From the human T2T-CHM13v2.0 reference genome, Homo sapiens, in assembly GCF_009914755.1 (NCBI RefSeq), contig NC_060928.1: 64,000 nucleotides of DNA; one strand, 5' to 3'. The translations under genes and the position numbers were made by a program. Positions 38,991 to 54,080 of the stretch are shown one piece after another; position 1 is the first letter of the stretch; each line of letters starts with the position of its first letter. The notes beneath the pieces are model-generated. The model was not told where the DNA came from. It ran no database searches and saw only the letters and a list, made by a program, of their open reading frames with translations.

Positions 38991-40219
38991 GGTTTTTTTA
39001 AACTTTTAAGTTCAGGGGTACATGCATAGGTTTGTTACATAGGTAAACTTGTGTCATGAGAGTTGGTTGTACAGATTATTTCAACACCTAGGTATTAAGC
39101 CTAGGACCCACGAGTTATTTTTCCTAATCCTCTCCCTCCTCTCACCCTTCACCCTCTGATAGGCCCCAGTGTGTGTTGTTCCCCTCTTTGTGTCCATGCG
39201 TTCTCATTGTTTAGCTCTTATTTATAGTGAAAATATGCAGTATTCGGTTTTCTGTTCCTGTGTTAGTTTGCTAAGGATACTGGCCTCCAGCTGGAATATG
39301 ACTTCATTCCTTTTTATGGCTGCATAGTATTCTATAGTGTATATGCACCATATTTGCTTTATCCAGCCTATCATTGATGGGCATTTAGGTTGATTCCATG
39401 ACTTTACTATTGTGAATAGTGCTGCAATGATCATTTGCATTCATATGTCTTTATAATAGAACAATTTATGTTCCTTTGGGTATATACCCAGTAATGGGAT
39501 TGCTGGGTCAAATTGTATTTCCATCTTGAGGAATTGCCACATTGTCTTCCACAATAGCTGAACTAATTTACACCCCCATCAACAATGTATAAGCATTCTT
39601 TTTTCTCCACAACCTCACCAGCATCTGTTGTTTTTTGACTTTTTAATAATAGCCATTCTTGACCGGTGTGACATGGTATCTCCTTGTGGTTTTGATTTGC
39701 ATTTCTGTAATGACTAGAGATGTTGAACATTTTTCTGTATGCTTATTGGCCATATGTATGTCTTTTTTTGCATCTCTGTCAGGTTGATATCAGGATGATG
39801 CTGGCTTCACAGAATGAGTTAGGGAAGAGTTCCTTTTCTCAATTTTTTAAAATTGTTTCAGCAGGAATGGTACCAGCTCTTCTTATACCTCTGATAGAAT
39901 TCAGCTATGAATGGATCTGGTCCTGGGCTTTTTTGGTTTCTAGGCTGTTTATTAATATTGCTGACTCAATTTCAGAGCTCTTAATTGTTTTTTTTCAGGG
40001 CTTCAGTTTCTTCCTGGTTCAGTCTTGGGAGGGAGCATGCATCCAGGAATTTATCTATTCCTTCTAGATTTTCTAGTTTATGTGTATAGATATATATATA
40101 TTCATAATATTCTATATATACATATTCATAATATTCATAATATTCTCTGAGGGTTTGTTGTATTTCTGTGTGGTTCAGTGGTAATATTTCCTTTGTCATT
40201 TTTGATTATGTTTATCTGA

Positions 40220-40605
<386 letters not shown>

Positions 40606-40937
40606 CACATTGATCTTTTGAATAGTTTTTTTTTTGTGTGTCTCAATCTCTTTCAGTTCAGCTATGATTTTGGTTATTTCTTGTCTCCTGCCAGCTTTGG
40701 GATCTGTTTGCTCTTGGGTCTCTAGTTCTTTTAGTTGTAATATTAGGTTGTTAACTTGATACCTTTTTGACACGGGCATTTAGTGCTATAAATTTCTCTT
40801 TTAACCCTGACTTATGCTGTGTCCCAGAGATGCTAGTATCTGTGGTTGTATCTTTATTCTCATTAGTTTCAAAGAAGTTCTTGATTTCTGCCCTGATTTC
40901 ATTATTTACCAAAAGTCATTCAGGAGCAGGCTATTCA

Positions 40938-41336
<399 letters not shown>

Positions 41337-43640
41337 TGTTTTTTAGTGACTTTTTTAGTCTTGATTTCTAATTTCTAATTTCTATTTTTAGTCTGATTGA
41401 GCTGTGGTCAAAGAGATTGTTTGTTATGATTTCAGCTCTTTTGCATTTGCTGAGGAGTGTATTTTCTTCCAATTATGTAATTGATTTTAGAATATGTGCC
41501 ATGTGGGGATGAGAAGAATGTATATACTGTTGTTTTTGGGTGGACAATTCTATAGATATCTATCAGGTCCATTTGATCTAATGCTGATTTCAGGTCCTGA
41601 ATATCTTTATTTTCTGTCTTAATAATCTGTCTAATATTGTTAGTGGGGTTACAGTTTCCCACTATTATTGTGTGGGAGTCTAAGTCTCTTTGGAGTTCTC
41701 TAAAAACTTATTTTATGCATCTGGGTGATTCTGTGTTGGGTGCTTATATATGTGACAGTTAGATCTTCTTGTTAAATTGAACTCTTTAGCATTATGTAAT
41801 GCTCTTCTTTGTCTTTTTTATTATCTTTGTTGGTTTAAAGTCTGTTCTCTCAGAAAGTAGGTTTGCAATTCCTGCTTTTTTGTTGTTTTTTTTGCTTTGT
41901 AGATTTTTCTCCATCCCTTTATTGTGAGCCTACAGGTGTCATTGCATTTGAGATGGATCTCTTGAAGACAGCATACAAATGGGTCTTGGTTCCTTATCCA
42001 GCTTGCCACACTGTGTTTTTTAATTGTGACATTTAGCCCATTTATAATTCAGCTTAGTATTGATATGTGTGAATTTAATCCTGTAATCATGGTGTTACCT
42101 GGTTATTTTGCAGATTTGTTTATGTGGTTGCTTTATAGCATCATTGGTCTGTGTACTTTGGTATGTTTTTGTAGCGGTTAGTAACAGTCTTTCCTTTCCA
42201 TATTAGTGCTTCCTTCAAGAGCTCTTGTAAGGCAGGTCTAGTTGTGACAAATCCCCTCAGCATTTGCTTGTCTGAAAAGAATCTTATTTTTCCTTCACTT
42301 ATGAAGCTTAGTTTGGCCAGACATAAAATTTTGAGTTGAAATTTATTTTCTTTAAGAATGTTAAATATTGGCCCTCAATTTCTTTTGACTTGTAGTGATT
42401 CAGTTGAGAGGTCAGCTGTTAGTCTGATGGACTTCCCTTTGTAGGTAATCTGACCTTTCTGTCTAGCTGCCTTTAATAGCTTTGATTTTGACCTTGGAGA
42501 ATCTGATCATTATGTGTCTTGGGGATGATCTTTTGCAAAATACCTTACTGGGGTTCTCTGCATTTCTTGAATTTGAATATTGGCCACTCTAGCTAGGTTG
42601 GGAAAGTTCTCATGAATAATATCCTGAAATATGTTTTCCAAGTTGGCTGTATTCTCCCCATCCCTTTCAGAGACACCAATGAATCATAGATTTGTTCACT
42701 TTACAAAATTCCATATTTCTTTGAGGTTTTGCTCTTCCTTTTCATTCTTTTTTCTCTATTTTTGTCTGGCTTTCTTATGCAGAAAGCCAGTCTTCAAGCT
42801 CTGAGATTACTTTTTTTTACTTGGTCTATTCCGTTATTAATACTTGTGATTGTACTATGAAATTCTCATAGTGTGTCTTTCAGCTCTATCAGGTTGCTTA
42901 CATTCTTTTGTATACTCACAATTTTTTTCTGTCAGCTCCTGCATTTTTTTATCGTGATTTTTACTTCCTTGCATTGAGTTGTAAGTACTAAGCTCAGTTA
43001 TCTTTGCTCCTATCCATATTCTGAATTCTATTCCTGTCATTTCAGCCATGTCAGCCCAGTTCAGAATCCTTGCTGGAGAAGTGATGCAGACATTTGACGA
43101 AAAGAAGGCACTCTGGCTTTTTACGTTTTCAGCATTCTTGTGCTGAGGCTTTCTCATCTGTGGGCTTATCTACTTTCAATCTGGGCTTATCTGCCTTCAA
43201 TCTTTAAGGTTGCTGACCTTTGGGTGTTTTTTTTTTTTTTTAGTTTTATCCTATTTGATGACATTGAGGGTTTGATTGTGATATAACGTGCATTCAGCTG
43301 ACAGGCTTTGTTTCTGGGAGATTTTAGGAGGCCAACACTCAGCTCCCAACTCCCAGACTCTGTTCTGTAACTCTGGAGGATTTGTATTGGGCCCTGACTT
43401 TGTTCTCTGGCTCCTCGAGATTTGGAATCCACTGCACTGGGGGTGCCAAAGTGTGGCAGCTGTGACAGAGTGCTAACAGGTGCTGGTAGGCACCTTGCTG
43501 CAGGCATTCACCACAGTGGCAGTGGCCATGAAGCTGGAGAGGGGCAGGGCACTCCTGCTGGAGACTGTGTGCATGGTCCTGTTGGCATGGGGTTGGGGTG
43601 ATGATACGCACATGTCTGGGTGCCTTCTCTCTGCCCCTAG

Positions 43641-43843
43641 AGGATTGTTATAAATAACAAAAGGTGCTCCTATTGCCTCTATCTCTTTGAAGCTATTTCA
43701 GGAGCCACAAACAAAAACCAAGAGATATAACAAGAGATTTTCCTATTGCTTTTGTCACTTAGGAAGTTACAAGTATTTTAGGAGCTGTGTGCCAAGAACA
43801 GTAGACAAAGATCAAAATATATAGTTCTCATTCTATCACAATA
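43641..43843 (-). mobile_element. MER21-family LTR, right part
   Basis: aataacaaaaggtgctcct...ggaagttacaagtattttaggagctgtgtgccaagaac..agacaaagatcaaaatatat..tatcacaata. Confidence 0.75.
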
Positions 43844-46439
43844 AGTTTTTATCATGTGCAAGATTAAAAATCTTAATTCTTTACTATTATTCAAGTGCTT
43901 CACAGATTTGTTCCTTTTTTTCTACACATAAACATAACCGGCTATAGAAAGTGTCCAAGAAAAATTAAAGTATACATGTTTCAATTGAACAAACATCTAA
44001 AGATCTAGCCCACTCTGTTAAAGTCATCTGTCCTGTGTTGCCATATCAATAAGGTCCCTAATCATATTCAACTTTTCCACCGTCACTTGCAGCTCACACG
44101 TTTAAATACACAAAAACACCTTAGATTTTGACTTTGTTTAAGTATGATATTTGATTACCTCTATGTAAAATATTTTTCTTTTTTGATCATTTATATTTTA
44201 TTCTATTAGTAGTTTTCTAAGCATTCTCCTAAAAGAGTGTTGGTTTCTTATACTTAATTACCACATTATATGCATGTATTTTATTAAATTTGTATTGAAA
44301 TATTTATTCTAAATGGATTCTTTCTTTGGCATATCTTAGGGCCCTCCAATGAGTCATTGCTCTATTCTGTATTGTCTTAAAATATTTTAATCGACCAATA
44401 ATTTTTATTGCCTTAAATGAAGACTACATGAACAAATTCTTTATGAAATCAATATTTTCTGCATTTACTTATAGAATTATACAGACACTATCAGAGCTGA
44501 AGATCTGAAAATCTTTATGCATAAGTTAAAGTATTTGATTCTAGGCTTATAGACGATGAAAAGAGAATAAACACGCACATTCTTTCAGCCAGAAGTAAGA
44601 AGCTGCTAACAATTTAATCTGGGTCTTTCCTCTGTGTTCTTTCCTTGAGACTATTCAATTAGTTCCTTCAGTAATAAATTACCACTCAGTGAAACACCAA
44701 ATGTCAGCTATTTTTTTTCCTAAAGAATTATAAAAACAAAGCAAAACAAAAAAACCTCTTTTCCCCTAGGATACTGGTTGGAAGGTACTATGGATGCAGC
44801 ATCTGGGGTGAACAAGGGTAATGGAGTTTATAATAATTAATTTGCAGCAGCTATTCTCTAGTGATCAAAGATTGAATCATATGCAAGTGTGGTTTTAATT
44901 TCCTCTTTTAAATGAAGAACAAGAAAAACTATAAATCACATATCCAATTCTGCCATAAATCTCATTTGTTTCATTGCTTGCTGACAGTCTAAAAGACATA
45001 TTTTATTCCTCTCATTCCTTGTCCATATCAGGTTCATTACATTTTATTTTTTCCAGTAATAAGTGAGTGCGGGACATACAAACTCTGAAGTCATTAGCAG
45101 TGATTTCTCTGCTGCCCCCTTCCTCCACAAGATTGACAGCAACAGGCAATCAGACACGCTACTAATATTGGCTTGTCTACACATTGCTTTTCAGTTTACA
45201 TTCTGGAGGATACAAGATACATGCACCATGAAATGTAAGAGGAACCTCAAAGTGATTTGTGGGTTCAGTAGAAAAAAATAGTCTCCAACAACCTCTCCTC
45301 CTAGCAGATAGATTTTCTTCAATTTTAAAACCCCACAACTATCCATATAATTCTTTTCACCAATGCTTTGGAATGCCTTATATTCATCTACATAATTTAC
45401 TGACAAACAGCTAAAAATACACGGAGATATCCTAAACTTTTAGTTTACCTTTTTTCTAGAAGCCAAGATTTTCTATTAGGTTTCAGATGCTTCAGATACC
45501 AAAGGAAAGTATTTTGAGCCAAATTTGTGAGATATTTTCTTTGCTCCCTCAATCCTGCACTTCCTTTTTAAATTTTGCAGACTTACATATAATTTTTCTT
45601 CTTGATTTATACTTTCAAACATTTGATATATTTTTGTGGATACATAGCTTTTGCTATGGAAATGGCTTTGCTTGATGTAATAATATAATAGTAGATAAGG
45701 CAGTTGATTTTTTTCTTCCTTTCCAAAATAATGATTTTACCCCACTTACATATTGATATGCTGAATTAGAAGTACAAACTTTCAAAAATAATGAAAATAT
45801 TATGTAAGATGTCTTTAGTCTTTTTTAGACTATTTTACCAGAGAAAAGTATGAGAATTTTGATAGTAATGTGGTACAAATTTGTATTTGTTGACTACAAA
45901 TCTGAAACTAAGGTTATGAGTCATCTTGAACTTGTGAGGATATGTATTTTTGTATTATATCCCCAAAAGTCATAGCTCCTCAATTTGTAGGCAGGAAAAC
46001 AACTTTTGAAGAGGAGTCATGGATTACAATTCTATCTCAGTATCTTTGCTATGTTTTACTGCATAAATCATCTCGTTTATTAGCTTCTTTGGCTTTCCCT
46101 CAGAGAAAATGGTCCTTTCTCCCCACTTACTCTTAAGGAAAGTATTGAAGATCACTGGCATTTGGTAAGATAACAGTTAATTTGGAAGGACACCAAACCA
46201 AGAGTAGAATTGCCTCAGCTAAATATTTAAATATATTCCCTTATTAGGAATGAGTACCTTAATAATAGTCATATTTCTGGGCCTCTATTTTCTACATTAT
46301 ACAATGAAGGATATAAAGTAGAACACTAAGTTTCTTTGAAATTATAATAAACTATGATAAGAGCTTTTTTGTCCCTCTCTAATTCTGTGAATAGCTAGCT
46401 AAAGAAATTTTGAATGTACGTATAAGGTACAACATAAAG

Positions 46440-46695
46440 TTTATTATATTCTGTAACAAAATACATGCCAGACAATGTTCTTGGCAACACACACATACTT
46501 AAATAGCTCATGTAACTCTATAATTCCCTTCCTTGTTAGGTAACATTATGTTCTGCATTTTACAGATGAGGAAACTTGAATCACACAAAAGAACTTGGCC
46601 AAAGTCTCACAGCTAATTAGTGTCAGTGTAAAACTTAAAGCAAACAGGCAGTTTGGCTCCATAGCTTTTGCTCTTAAACTCTGAGCTATAATGTT
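46440..46695 (-). mobile_element. MIR SINE
   Basis: cattttacagatgaggaaacttga...aacttggccaaagtctcacagctaattagtg. Confidence 0.7.
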
Positions 46696-47422
46696 AGTTT
46701 TTCCCGTTAGAATGGATAGTCCAGGATCTTTATAAAGGTGGTAAGTTATTGCATTGTTCGGAGATATCTAATTGACTACCTCTGGCTATAAACACGACTT
46801 CTATAATGATATCTTGCCTTCAAAGAATACTTCCAGAAGTCCCTTCTGATCATTGTATCTTCTTCATGGATAAATGACTTGCTTCTAATGACAGATCTAC
46901 AAGCTAGTAGGCAGTTATATGTGAGTTTAGGTTTGTTGTAGATAATTCATTTTAGTCATGAGAAATGGTCTGTAATATTTCCCATACTCTAATTTCCTGA
47001 ACAATATGTGCTTTCTTTTCATGTGTCTCCTTTAGAAGGCCTTCCTGGGGTCCCCTTTGATATTATAATTCTTGTGAATTTTGCAATGATTTTGTGATAT
47101 TAGAGACTTGAGACAGAGAAGAGAATGAGTTAGTGTCCTATTTACCTCAAAGAGGAAACAATGACTTGAACAATAATAATAATGAGAATGAAAAAGAATA
47201 AGAAGGATTTTTCTCTCCATAGAACAATATGGAGTTAAAGTATTTATTTTAATCTTGGAAAATCTGTTCTAGCAGCAGTATAGTGCATTGTAGAGCAAGA
47301 ATACTGGAGTTAGGAGGAACAAGTCAGAGAATGGGGCAGTAACCCATGTGACATAAAATAGTGGGCTGTATTAATGCAACGGCTACGGAAATGGGAAAAA
47401 TCGGTGAACTTGAGACATATTA

Positions 47423-48010
<588 letters not shown>

Positions 48011-48465
48011 ATGTAGGAGACACTGAGAATTAATTATTATTTTAGCCTAGATTAGTAAGAACTGTGAGAAGACTTCACAAAGTAGGTGACAAATGGCCCC
48101 ATATGAACAAAAGCACAAGGGCATGAACGTGCTTGACAAAATCCTATTTTCTGGAACCTAAAAAGCCAGAATATTGATAGTTCAGCAGTAATTTTAATTT
48201 ATGGTTCTTTCTTGAGAGAAATAGACAAATAAAAATTCAACATATTTCTCATAATAAATATAAATTTGGGAAACTTTACAAAATACCCCCAATGGCCCAT
48301 CTGCTTAGTAGAATAATTTATTCTGTATCTTCCCTTCCCATTACCACTGAAAAGATGTCATGATCCCAGAATCTTCCCTCAAAAGTATGGTCAAAACAGG
48401 GAATCAGCATTTGGTGACTTGATGGAGAAGTGACATATACTTTTGACACATTTGATTCTAACTGA

Positions 48466-48494
48466 ACTCACTGAGTACATAGTACTCAGTGAGT
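48466..48494. repeat. Perfect 13-bp inverted repeat with 3-nt spacer
   Basis: actcactgagtac-ata-gtactcagtgagt. Confidence 0.9.
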
Positions 48495-48532
48495 GCAGCA
48501 AAATCAAGTTTAACATTTTGTAATTTTGCAGG

Positions 48533-48614
48533 GAATTTTTTCCCCCAATATTTTCGATCTATAGTTGGTTGAATCCATGGATGCAGAATTCACAGATATG
48601 GAGAGCTAACTGTA
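48533..48614 (+). mobile_element. MER2 3' terminal fragment
   Basis: aatattttcgatct..agttggttgaatccatggatgcagaa..cacagatatggagagctaactgta. Confidence 0.75.
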
Positions 48615-49049
48615 CTCATCAAATAAGTGAATGAAAAAGTGATCAGCGAAATGTCAGTTCAGGGATATGTGAAATTTGTATTCCCAATGTTTATAAAGCT
48701 GGAATTTGGAGAGAAGGGAAAGTCTGTAATTAGATGCATCCTATGTAAGCTTAACTGATGTCAAAAGTGGGATTGGAGATAGTCACAAGACATGTAGGAT
48801 TATACTCATCTGTTGAGAAAAAAAAGGGATCCAGGATAACAGAGTCTCACTGTCCCTGCTTTTCTGAAGATAAACTGTCACATAACTCTTTGAAAATGAT
48901 ATCTTTTTTCACAGTTAATGATCAAATGTCATACTACTTTAGGAATTCTGGAGACCAAATGATCAGTATGTGTGTGTGCATGAAATTAATTAAAAATTAA
49001 AAAAAAAAAACTTCTCTTAAATTTCTGTTGTTTTTTGTAAACATATATG

Positions 49050-49198
49050 GAGGTACTATATATATATATATAGAGAGAGAGAGAATATATATATATATAT
49101 ACTTTATATGTAGGTGTATATATATACTTTATATATATGTGTGTGTATATATATATAGAGAGAGAGAGATATCCCACTATATATATATAAAGTGCCTC
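49050..49198. repeat. (TA)n(GA)n compound microsatellite with inverted ends
   Basis: 49050-49070 vs 49178-49198 are reverse complements with 2 mismatches. Confidence 0.75.
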
Positions 49199-49376
49199 TC
49201 TGATAACCAATTATCAGGGATGTATTAATAATATAATTATATGAAATACATTAATTGTATTGTATATTTTTTATTATAATCCTGAAAATTTCTAAACTAT
49301 ACACCACCCACTTCATTAATCACTATATATCTAGCACATATTTAGGACCTGACACGTGGCAGGTATGCAATAAGTA

Positions 49377-49650
49377 ATTTTTTTAAAAAAATTAACTTAT
49401 ATTTTCAGTTCAGGGGTATAACTGCAGGTTTGTTACATAAGTAAACTTGTGTCATGGGGGTTTGTTGTACAGATTATTTCGTTACTCAGGTATTAAGCCT
49501 AGTATCCATTAGTTATTTTTCCTGATCCTCTTCCTCCTCCCACTGTTTGCCCTCTGATGGGCCCCAGTGTCTGTTTTTCCCCTCTGTGTGTCCATGTATT
49601 ATCATCATTTAGCTCCCACTTATAAGAGAACATGCAGTATTTGGTTTTCC
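49377..49650 (-). mobile_element. L1PA (PA13-16-like) 3' UTR fragment
   Basis: gttcaggggtata..gcaggtttgttacata.gtaaacttgtgtcatgggggtttgttgtacagattatttc...tttagctcccacttataag. Confidence 0.85.
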
Positions 49651-49825
49651 ACAACAGACAAATTACAGAAAAAAGCAAAATGGGGTGTTTGAACTTGATG
49701 ATAAGTCCTGGGTTATTGGGTCTGTATTTATAGAGAAATGTAGAGACATTTCATAAATTTATTTATAAAATTTATATTTTTCATAAATATTAATGTACTA
49801 TTTGTGAATTGTATTAATCAATATG

Positions 49826-50390
49826 ATTTTTTAAATTTTTGTGGGTACATAGTAAGCATATATATGTATGGGGGACATGAGATGTTTCGATACAGGCATG
49901 CAATGTGAAATAAGGATGTGTCAGAGAATGGAGTATCCATCGCCTCAAGCATTTATCCTTGAGTTACAAACTGTCCAATTATACTCTTTAAGTTATTTTA
50001 AGATACACAATTATGTTATTATTGACTATAGTCACCCTGTTGTGCTATCAAATAGTAGGTCCTATTCATTCTTTGTAACTATTTTTTTGTGTACCCATTA
50101 ATCACCTTCATCTCTTCCCACCCTCCCATTACCCTTCCCAGTCTCTGGTAACCAACCTTCTATTCTCTATGTCCATAAGTTCAATTGTTTTAATTTTTAG
50201 ATCCCACAAATAAGTGAGAATATGTGATGTTTGTATTTCTGTGCCTGGCTTATTTCACTTAACATAATAATTTCCAGTGCCATCTATGTTGTTGCAATTG
50301 ACAGGATCTCATTCTTTTTTTATGGCTGAATAGTACTCCATTGTATATATGTACCACATTTTCTTTATCCATTCATCTGTTGAACACTTA
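49826..50390 (-). mobile_element. L1MA1/2-like 3' end
   Basis: tttttgtgggtacatagta..gggacatgagatgttt.gatacaggcatgcaatgtg...agatcccacaaataagtgagaa. Confidence 0.85.
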
Positions 50391-50802
50391 GCAGAGTTTA
50401 TAAAGGATTCTCCCAAATACATACATAGACTTTTCATTCCATGGCTTCCAAATTTGACTAAAAGGGTGAAGTGACCATAAGTTTATGAGACTTCCAGAAA
50501 ATCTAACATGAACATTCAAGTCAGTGGAAATGCTTGGATGGTTCACATCATCAGGGTCTTAGACAAAACGTATGTGTCAGCATAGTTTCCAGACCACTAT
50601 TTATGGAATTATTTCTTCATTCAATTACTTAATAAATATTTATTCAGCACCAACTAAGTGTCATGCATTATTCCAAGAACTGAGGATTTAACAATTAATC
50701 AATATTATAAAATAAAATAAACTGAAGTCTCAAATCTCATGGACTTATGTTTCAGTGGGGATGAGGAGTACTGACAATAAATGAATTAACTAGTTATCTT
50801 GT

Positions 50803-51189
50803 TGATACAGTTTGGCTGTGTCCCCACCCAAAATCTCATCTTGAATTGTAATCCCTAAAATCCCTATAATCCCTGTGTGTCAAGGGCGGAATCAGGTGGA
50901 GGTAATTGGATCATGGGAGCAATTTTCCCTATGCTGTTCTCATGATAGTGGGTGAATTCGCAAGAAATCTCATGGCTTTGTAAGCTGCTGGCATTTTCCC
51001 TACTTGCACTTCCTCTTACTGCCACCTTGTGAAGAAGGTGCTTTGCTTCCACTTCCCCTTCTACCATAATTGTAAGTTTCCTGAGGCCTCCCCAGCCATG
51101 CTAAACTGTTAGTCTATTAAACCTCTTTCCTTTGCAAATTACCTTGTCTTGGGCAGTTCTTTATAGCAGTATGAAAACAGAATAATACA
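50803..51189 (+). mobile_element. THE1 (THE1C/D-like) solo LTR with 5-bp TSD, inside an L2 fragment
   Basis: tgatacagtttggctgtgtccccacccaaaatctcatcttgaattgtaatccc...tgtaagtttcctgaggcctccccagccatg...taataca; TSD cttgt at 50798-50802 and 51190-51194. Confidence 0.9.
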
Positions 51190-51572
51190 CTTGTAATATA
51201 ATGTTGGGTAGTATTAAGTGCCAAGAAGGAAACTAGGCAGAGCAAGAGAACGAGAGTGATGTTTCCTGATCAAAGAAATTTTCCTGTTTGGGGTATAAAC
51301 CTGAAGATAGGGTTGTATCATGTAAGATTATCACTAATATTTCTGTCATTTCAAAACCGTGAGATTTGCATCTCCTCATCATTGACATGTTTGCCCTAAC
51401 AACACAATGAGATCTTCATGATCTCTTTATTGTCCTGTTGGCCTTGACCCTTCAAATTTCAGCACTCTATAACTTCCCACAATTTAATGTTATTGATAAA
51501 AATATCCCTTTCTATTGTCTCTTATGATTTGATTATTTTATTTTTCTTTCATAGTATATTGTGTTTTCAGTC

Positions 51573-51770
51573 TAGGGTGAGTCCTGCTAACTATGGCCAA
51601 ACTGCCTTAAAAAAAAAAAAAAAGAGTCTTAGTGGGACACAACTGTAGCCATCTCTTCATGTATAATCATCAGTGGCTATTGCGTGCTCCAATGGCAGAG
51701 TTGGGTTGCTCCAGTAGAAACCACATAGTCCTCAAAGCCTGAAATAGTTATCATCTAGCCCTAGCCCTTC
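51573..51770 (+). mobile_element. MER58-like fragment
   Basis: aactatggcc...caatggcagagttg...caaagcctgaaatagtta.catctagccc. Confidence 0.55.
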
Positions 51771-51776
51771 ACGCAT

Positions 51777-51777
<1 letters not shown>

Positions 51778-51827
<50 letters not shown>
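51778..51827. repeat. (CA)25 microsatellite
   Basis: Uninterrupted CA run. Confidence 0.95.
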
Positions 51828-51829
<2 letters not shown>

Positions 51830-52039
51830 TATACAATGCTAACTTATGGTTGAAGTTACCATCTATTGGAATTAAAAAATCATAAAAATGGAAAATAAAT
51901 TACCCAACATTTCATACAGTCTTTTCTACTACTCTCTCTGCACTTTTCTTATGCCATAATCTTTGGTTAAACTTTTATCCTCTCTACTTCTTCAACCTTC
52001 TAAAACAAGAAATGCTATTAGATTTGAAACAGATTTTTT

Positions 52040-52556
52040 TAGCTGCTTATTGCTATACCATCCATTCCCTTTTAACCAGTATCCCAGTTGTATTTGGGGG
52101 TATCCAGATACCAGCTAAACAATTGCTATTGCAACCTGTCTTCTAGTTAAAAGTGGCCCTGTAACTCAATTTTGGCTATGGTATGAAGGGACATCTCACT
52201 GAAGTTTTTGAGAGACAATTTTGCTTCCCTGACATAAAGGAAAATGCAGTAGCTGTCACATCTTTCCAATTTCTTCCTGTTTTGGGTGAGAACATGATGC
52301 GTGGAGCTGAGTGCCATCTGAGGCCTGAAGACAAAAGCAAGCCAACAAAACCGTAAGAAAGACAAAAGCATAGGAAAGCAGACAAATCAGAAGGAGTCTG
52401 GGACCTTAAGGATTTCACTGAATACCTGAAGCAATGCCAGAAATCACCTATCTGCAGACGCCTTGCTACTTGAGAAGAATATAACCCCATTTGTTTAAGC
52501 CACTATTACTGGGGCTTTTCTATTACTAAAAACCAAGGAAATTCCCAGAAGATACA
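52040..52556 (+). mobile_element. Old MaLR LTR (MLT1J/K-like)
   Basis: gtggccctgtaactcaattttggc...tttgcttccctga...gccatctgaggcctga...ttgtttaagccact...gataca. Confidence 0.6.
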
Positions 52557-53302
52557 GCAAAAGGAAAGATAGCTGAAAAAAAATCAGCTCAAATGTGGAA
52601 TTCTGTATGACAAATCTTGGTCATGTAAAGCACAATGTAGCTCATTTTGTGTGACCTAAGCTAACACCAAGTCTGTTAAAACAGGAAGAACAATTACAAG
52701 AGCATTGTTATTTTCCAAGAAAGGTAGCTGTTTAATCAAAATGCCTATGAAATATACAAACACACATATGACAATCTTAAAATACTTAAAATTATAAATT
52801 TAAAAAACCTAAAAGCTAGGATTCTATGTGAATTTTTTCATTATAAGATGTTTCACCGTTGCTTTGGTTGTATTAGAAATTTTGATTACATAGTCTTTCT
52901 CTTTTATAATAACTGATATATTGGCCAAATAAAATAAAGTGTGCTTAGCCTATCTAATGTAAACATTATATGTAACTTTGTTCTTTAGACAGAAATCAGA
53001 TAGTTTAAAACTGTGACAGCAATTTAAATGTTCATAAGTGTACATTCAGAAAGTTTCTTGTAGAAACAAGTTTCCAGTATCAGCTTATTGATGACATTAG
53101 CCTCTTTCTCTTGAGGAAAACCAATTAAAAAAAAAACAAATAAAACTAAATCTAACAACAAAAACATAGTTAGCTGATATTTTTTCATTTAGATTTAGCT
53201 AAGTGAAAAAAAGGATTATGTTTTTTATTGTCAGGCAAGTGAAAGTGGGAAGATTATGTAGCATAATCTATAAATGTTTCAACATATCTTGGAAAAATGT
53301 TA

Positions 53303-53645
<343 letters not shown>

Positions 53646-53889
53646 TTACAGCTAACAAGAAACATTCATCAGCAGGATCGCATGTGTGAATCAATGTATG
53701 GCTTTTGGTAATACTTTTATTGAGGACATAAAGTTAATTTTATTATAGAAATGCTTTATTAATTATTTCACCTACTTGTTACCATTTTATTGAATTAATC
53801 AACACAATGAAACATGCAATATATGAAAAATCTATCTAAATAACAACCTTACTCTGAGAAGAGAGTTTAAGATTGTGGGAGGTGTGTTG

Positions 53890-54080
53890 ATTTGAAGGCA
53901 GACATTCCTAAGTCTGAAGCCCAGCTTGGCTCTTCATTTTATGTGTGACCTCAGGAAGCAACCTAGACTTTGTCACTTCACTTCTCATTTTGTCCCTTGG
54001 CCCCATGTTGTAAATTTGTTGTAAGGATAAGGTGAGATAGTGTATGCATAATGCCTAGCATTGTTCCTAGGCCAGAGAGG
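53890..54080 (+). mobile_element. MIR SINE
   Basis: tgtgtgacctcaggaag...ttgttgtaaggataaggtgagatagtgtatgcataatgcctagca. Confidence 0.6.

Noticed and set aside
43280-43640. Locally GC-richer stretch as a possible CpG island promoter
   Set aside because: CpG-depleted and explained as the decayed 5' UTR of the antisense L1PA
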